Origin: an uncultured bacterium
GTDB taxonomy: Bacteria > Omnitrophota > Omnitrophia > Omnitrophales > Aquincolibacteriaceae
NCBI GenBank assembly: GCA_964373045.1
Contig: CAYJSI010000003.1
Coordinates: 9,030-73,029, forward strand
Reading direction: 5' to 3'
Length of the DNA stretch: 64,000 bases
Within the stretch, counting starts at the first letter, position 1; each line of letters begins with the position of its first letter. Shown here in pieces: positions 61,901 through 64,000 of the stretch. The notes beneath the pieces were generated by a model that saw only the letters and a list, made by a program, of their open reading frames with translations, was not told the DNA's origin and ran no database searches. Position numbers and translations under genes: made by a program.

Positions 61901-64000
61901 AAAACTTAAAGAGCGCGGTAATGAAGTGATTGCAAGTAACTCACTGATCGATGTGCGGCAAGCGGGAAAAATTTTGGGAAAACCCATTCGTTTTACGGGC
62001 ATCAAGGGTGGTCAGCTGGGATGGATTTCCGTATGGAACAGAGGCGAGCTTTTGGGAGACCGGCTCAACAAATTAGCAGCTCAGGGAGATGCTGAAAGTC
62101 TGAATGAGGGAATAAAATGGATTGATCATTTTGTTGATCAGGAAGCAGCGCTTCACAAGCGCGGAATTGTGGATGAAGATCCGGATATGATGGAACAGCG
62201 CCGGCTTTTACCGATTCGCGGAGAAGTGAGCGTGGCTGTGGCAAGTCCCGAATCCAACCTTCGGATGGGCGGGGAAGCCCTTCGGCTTTATCGCGAGAAG
62301 TATCTTCCTGCCGCGGATCAAACTAATATCTATCTGCGTCAGGAAAAGTTGGATAAAATTCCCGCAGTATTTCGTGACTATTATAAGAAACGTGTTTCGA
62401 AGAAGTTGCTTCCGCATTCTGTCTCGGATGAAACTTCTCGAAATGAAGCATGGGAAGCTTTTTTCAAGGATGTTTTTGAAACAGCGCTTCCAAATTCCCT
62501 TCGAACTGTACAAAAAGATCTGCCCGCCGTCTTACAAACCGTTTCAAAACGAAAAGATGTCATGCGGGAACACAAAATTCCGCTTCGTAATTGGGGAGTA
62601 GAACACCCCGCCATTTACCACAAGCGGATTGAACATATGCGCGGGTATGTCACTCGCTATTTCATTCGAAGCGCCAAACGACAATATTTCCCCGCCATTC
62701 AAAGCAAATCGGCGACTCCCCAGCTTTTGTGGGTTGCCTTGATGCGCCAAACTTATCCGGATAAATATGCGGATTTTTATCAAATGATCCGGGTTTTAGC
62801 AGATGAAATGTTAGACAAACCCTTTCTCTTAGACGCGACCCGCTACCCAGCTTACAAACAGAATGCGGCGGTGCGCAGCCTTATTAGCGAAAAACTTGCC
62901 GAACCTTACCGTCAGGCGGGAATTGAACCTCCGCCGATTGACGCTGCCGCATGGGCATCCTTTGATTATTTTCTGAATCAAACACGGTCTCTTGCCGCCC
63001 GCTCAGAAGTGCGGAATGCGACATGGATTCCAAGTCCCGATGGCGAAGGACCTGGCCATGTGGTATCAGGCTCAGTTCCTGAGTCGGGGGGAGTGCGCAC
63101 TCCCGGCGAAGATGCCGTTCCTGCTCCTTCGCACGAAACGCAATTATGGCCGGAAGAAAGAAAATCTAAATCCGGACCCGGACACCCTGTGTCTGTTGCA
63201 CCTCTCATTCCAAGTCCTAAAGGACCCTTGGATACCGGTGGCGGCATTGTCTCCAAAGAAGATCTCTCCTCTTCCCGGGCTGAGGTAAGAGACGAGGCGA
63301 GAGAAAGGCAGTCGATAGTCGATAGTCGACGGTCCATGGAAAACCCAGTAGTTAATCCATGGGCTATAGACTCTCTTCTATTGACTAACCCCCGCTCCGA
63401 GCTGCGACGGAATGCCCGCTCGGCAGGGATGACACGCAGAAATTTCCTGATAGGGAGTGGGGCTACGCTTGCACTCACGGGGTTTGCGGCCCCGCAGTCT
63501 GTAGTGAAGTTCGCAGCGGCCAGTTCGCCGCCCAACCAGAAAAAATCTGCAGAGACGGATCAAGAAATCGAAAAGAAATTCATCGAGTGGCGCAAGGCCG
63601 CAGAAAAAGCCTTTCTCGAAAGATTTCCCTTGGATGAAAAAATCGAGAAAAAACAAATGCTGACTGATGACGAAAAGAAACAGTATCTGGAGCTCAGAAA
63701 GAAAACCCGTGAACTCAGTCTCCTGATGATGTACGCCTCCTACCGTCTCCAGGAAAGAGAAGATAAACGGCTTGAAAATAGAATCCTGGAGGATCTGACG
63801 AATTCTCTCGATTTAAAATCAAAGAACAAGCAAAAGCGGTATTACACGGCTGCCACTCTCGAGCAACTGGGGTATTTTTATCACAGTATAAAATTGCGGG
63901 ATTTTCTCATCCGTGTCGCTCAGGATACCAAGCTGGATGCCCTCTATCGTGATAGAGCTGTCGATGGGCTCGCTCTCATGATCGCGACTTATTGGAACAC
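52908..64000 (+). CDS. Giant modular secreted protein, 5' portion (more than 3,697 codons; continues beyond the window). Segments: Sec signal; TraB/GumN/Tiki-like module; low-complexity linkers; macro-like domain; inositol-monophosphatase-fold domain; P-loop kinase-like domain; internal Tat-type signal peptide.
   Basis: Every codon in the frame (positions congruent to 0 mod 3) from 52851 to 64000 was checked by hand and none is TAA, TAG or TGA. The nearest upstream stop is TAA 52848-52850. First ATG is 52908. N-terminus MKKQIKSLTASLTVLCFLVTQIASGA. Motifs seen: LLHIQTAHG / VITGGFHTKPF (TraB-like), VRDINKVPADGMIVETDSHLLGTPG..LGLETVTLNHPAALTWA (macro-like), GVLGEELADRN + DPIDGT (IMPase fold), VIVAQAGTPGAGKS (Walker A). 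Not in the supplied track, presumably because it has no in-window stop. Confidence 0.8.
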   Translation, partial: MKKQIKSLTASLTVLCFLVTQIASGAPFLFASPYRAEMAAQRELIPFPTFGLSVPSDLGVIDYLHRGSGPVLLHIQTAHGHYDAQKKIEALLYYLKKAYGIQDLFIEGTAVKIQPELLRFFPDDKELNREVLDGLTRRAFVKGSELFAVDEPEANLYGIEELKSYRVNKSSFREVLREQEKTERWVKEMEMQMERLTGPYLNKELRAFLKRIEDHEANRIGMMDWLSILKEEAEKRLEIRLADPAFQLDWPMLVRVFKLRELDSKLDPQIYPKERAEFLRSIRRFLPGALALEIQKELMLPPSAQSLSDPGTSELFLKMVEHLPPGFRYDAFPQVKYFIGHLILQSELKAERLVKEVEQVQEKIQAKLAKTREEKELLVLLHEKKLLTRLLHLELTPGDYEKIRVPGAGSQVPGSVLSDTRHPTPVTRHLRPSSVVSRFLAVNRDQRVRNVSFRHLEEIDRLYEKALEFYRGAKERDQFMIDNILRLIRDEKISKAVVITGGFHTKPFQDFFTKENYHYASISPKITEIEPRDAYLHAILQDSPLTKASTLEVDSIAVPKEQLVLHGTNFEIVNGIVMGELETAARKKGKWNDSTIQAFDQSAYARINGVRLNQNLSLVPQALSRAEVRNIETEAIEDVQDFYQLHFLAMFYGHEFIHPQGDSPSPASLEDQVDAYNFWITHFEQRNLFNGTLAETTAGSRISEEQFNALKEFLLRTYPRQGSFPSLIHRYLIGLGQNRLEEVLAFIGQATVLEQPEGRPGFWRVNGDLKSQNKAIVIWDEGTSIHFRVFSRGSERESDQEFFFINPAHLDAIRNAIEAASRGTVRIPRSEVRKLGEEQETRRPINLRDGGGLYSTDKWLQSRSLQRLWSLLLRLQPWFNALLWGDKEPTRQQIRAVVNASAGGKDNPVRESRPLWPSQKELHHTASKWGASHPPFFEFLRLAFKRINKNNQPTQHTATAEKNTSIKSISSQQGNYQPRQNDGISTDANFDQIFSALGRQSQHLFSLIKTLSKRILNFVISQLLFLVKSNFNLLSSGVWGMRTPFLTPGLLLPAPVSSRLDARRSEVRTEILGVRALSSLDRSDIEAGRKGGEIFFLSQLPRQQRPTDQQLINQIIWGWPAFRENILPEIHERFLELNRLLWSNRSVLAKDPEFRAFLGYFAERLARRNFLQTPLEEISGRTEKQVLRAYHQFVTIKDRILSRSEMRTSRQLQGEIDYFFRMKEEARSRADLMERMLSEIKIILEGGRGLKQAGRTQEALDVLEILRSYADRLTKFAEKIGPEKKYFPRGVSREELQKWRAEEEARDGNILPEASAADLKARSADLKKRIDAFLPQFIEAYRPDNERKLDRLNHQVLALHKARIKVQLLQARHYLLKSSPNEGVLSNLLNSLRSSYMRLQQEYWWRWKRSVRSAEIQQVAVVGHEGRTVRTYDYSQFKLRVKTAKDADEDSENVLIQNRWKLIVQPDGSKVHQLVPTEIHFSSLDTTLRASLNTLISQEEDYGQVLFRVTALEYVVEILKEAVKNGTERISNFQQEIINANLRDVLEGKGGLRAGITPQKENATAKVEEAIVHMKAGKFSKASEVLEDAIKRLRSRLTDIEGKNKGIRHITDYVAHELRKEETGRAIREVKTLVAQNDFPSASELLTQLYQANYRPIASRHGQYESLKREVLALKINITQLQRFHGKPSEVDLRKSIFENIRRISNMTGVRSELRRQTKHRAKSMPARRSEAAGGERRVNLMPSASPLPVSRSKSRERSEVRVTSPDFEAKAKRHAAEYAVMTTHRSSDDESFLPDWLKKLGDVFLVRDRMPRREDKQLAAERINRVPRLSSSGKFLDLRKPASDYLDEIASRLLFGDNTPPQTREGWQGLILDVAAPTLVRQTAFAAFEKANPDLFPPSVRIEISVRDINKVPADGMIVETDSHLLGTPGMFLRSLELSPEGDVPNISDWRDQSKNHEPGSVVISPSLAQAKEKTIAGWKYALGAIVRSTDEQPLDEKIYKAALRKALEQADRLGLETVTLNHPAALTWATTVIRQFSKQKRLHLKSVNIVFFTEKDYNTSLQFTSRSEARERQSIVDSRRSIANPVVNPWAIDSLLLTNPRSELRRPEKNEGRAAVPRSEARGEVRKKNQINFDLEREKRKIQETKEQFGSTLPWMDKQNFILDFLVRDALPIFGNVFQGGRRAALRRINEGSKNKADTSPVTNYDPLIEGKFRDAVDGAFPGHGVLGEELADRNRLRPQTFTSDPIDGTVDWKILGSHFGNLSGYYDSIHTNGEPQVAVGYWPLLDMDGSGSMLFVGREDQDGILVNGKRVERAAIEAINQSRTVIIGGRSKPKTRQLLKEYFEKRGMMVKFTSAGGGESAEMMLRGTARFYIHLNPAAVDAPIGTFFAKKLGLKATDREGNPVKVPFNYLQNGLYFHPYIIGSNESHQEALEAFAAIGEPEEDVQWTPLERKAAPADLIDHLTQESAQRARRLLPQDPGVSKKKEIKKRELKQLLERTVALVAETASLDMERLLNSLIEGVTFKKVIPQVVKRAVSAYSKKKALGQSVIVAQAGTPGAGKSVGGKYLAEAIARAIQKKFPKEKVIVPVLKEDNIALIQRNLRGKGLAGKFKWAERDLALADLVSGQSVLKGIFDDTSGGNVLLSLDPEGNVVIHNGNRTVTIRHKAGSEVFSYDEVLSRPNEPPLNLTEEQKRNHINIQDSGIFECGSTKVRIRIEGKGTSARLIVGFQSLEIVSLNEYGELEMLTQLTDHEIEPVTGGRATVKARSPLGDLPSYLNEASVFQIETVQNPQKVEDLRKAKEAREFVPSGTPLVFDGQFAFLRLNEKGGFSPDVHLYDVTLNYRANRMTRWARDLKRSRERGRTTAEANENAQRFYERAFTEEERSNRANAEFGIQVNTTDLAESLERLILYHFEQQSAYSEIWAQMGIDPKTIDEEQRRENDLPETLKLLALWKNLKFKRTLNGTIDEYEIGDFIIRVERSAPSLSKIHRGQNQKLKERGNEVIASNSLIDVRQAGKILGKPIRFTGIKGGQLGWISVWNRGELLGDRLNKLAAQGDAESLNEGIKWIDHFVDQEAALHKRGIVDEDPDMMEQRRLLPIRGEVSVAVASPESNLRMGGEALRLYREKYLPAADQTNIYLRQEKLDKIPAVFRDYYKKRVSKKLLPHSVSDETSRNEAWEAFFKDVFETALPNSLRTVQKDLPAVLQTVSKRKDVMREHKIPLRNWGVEHPAIYHKRIEHMRGYVTRYFIRSAKRQYFPAIQSKSATPQLLWVALMRQTYPDKYADFYQMIRVLADEMLDKPFLLDATRYPAYKQNAAVRSLISEKLAEPYRQAGIEPPPIDAAAWASFDYFLNQTRSLAARSEVRNATWIPSPDGEGPGHVVSGSVPESGGVRTPGEDAVPAPSHETQLWPEERKSKSGPGHPVSVAPLIPSPKGPLDTGGGIVSKEDLSSSRAEVRDEARERQSIVDSRRSMENPVVNPWAIDSLLLTNPRSELRRNARSAGMTRRNFLIGSGATLALTGFAAPQSVVKFAAASSPPNQKKSAETDQEIEKKFIEWRKAAEKAFLERFPLDEKIEKKQMLTDDEKKQYLELRKKTRELSLLMMYASYRLQEREDKRLENRILEDLTNSLDLKSKNKQKRYYTAATLEQLGYFYHSIKLRDFLIRVAQDTKLDALYRDRAVDGLALMIATYWN
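59115..59231 (+). repeat. 117-nt in-frame repeat element, copy 1 (encodes EARERQSIVDSRRSIANPVVNPWAIDSLLLTNPRSELRR)
   Basis: 115/117 identical to copy 2. Contains a direct heptamer array TCGATAG-TCGATAG-TCGACGG-TCCATAG and inverted CTATAGA/CTATTGA units. Flanking sequence is unrelated between copies. Confidence 0.85.
63294..63410 (+). repeat. 117-nt in-frame repeat element, copy 2
   Basis: Same as copy 1 apart from two substitutions (ccatagc to ccatgga). Ends 20 nt before the internal Tat-like signal (ATG 63430). Confidence 0.85.

Noticed and set aside
53617-63288. Track ORFs on the + strand in other frames inside the giant ORF (53617-53913, 54799-55014, 59734-59934, 62374-62601, 62992-63288) and the many short minus-strand ORFs from 53178 onward
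   Set aside because: All are nested in the 11-kb stop-free frame that carries recognisable domain signatures. Their translations are low-complexity.

Overview
This 64-kb window looks like a contiguous chromosomal segment of a Gram-negative-type bacterium. The gene content (giant proteins, T2SS/T4P-like genes, compact overlapping operons) would fit an Omnitrophota/candidate-phylum-like genome, but that is a guess. Almost everything is on the + strand and tightly packed. Order of content: (1) the 3' 7.4 kb of a giant repetitive tail-anchored surface protein; (2) an unusual F-type ATP synthase operon (epsilon-c-b/delta fusion-alpha-gamma-beta, no a subunit); (3) a type II secretion/type IV pilus-like cluster that follows it directly (stand-alone GspE N-domain protein, GspE, GspF, two minor pseudopilins, GspK-, GspL/PilMN- and GspM/PilO-like proteins, GspG, then a CheY-like receiver); (4) a Wza/Wzc-type polysaccharide export pair plus an epimerase; (5) housekeeping genes: an IMPDH-family protein, guaA, dnaE, HU, csp, rsmE, mtaB-like, cvpA, dnaG, rpoD, tRNA-Met(CAU); (6) a porin-like outer membrane protein, a small lipoprotein, RNase P RNA (rnpB), and a PyrR-attenuated pyrimidine operon pyrR-pyrB-pyrC-carA-carB-pyrK-[inserted element]-pyrD-pyrF; (7) from 52908 to the window end, one stop-free reading frame of more than 3,690 codons that is not in the supplied ORF track. 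It has no in-window stop, which is probably why the track omits it. It encodes a Sec-signal-bearing modular protein with TraB/Tiki-like, macro-like, IMPase-fold and P-loop segments, an internal Tat-type signal peptide, a recurring RSE(V/L)R linker motif, and two near-identical in-frame 117-nt repeat elements. Those repeats are built from the same heptamer arrays that flank a small frameshifted four-helix-bundle gene inserted between pyrK and pyrD. No CRISPR array, rRNA or classical IS transposase was seen.
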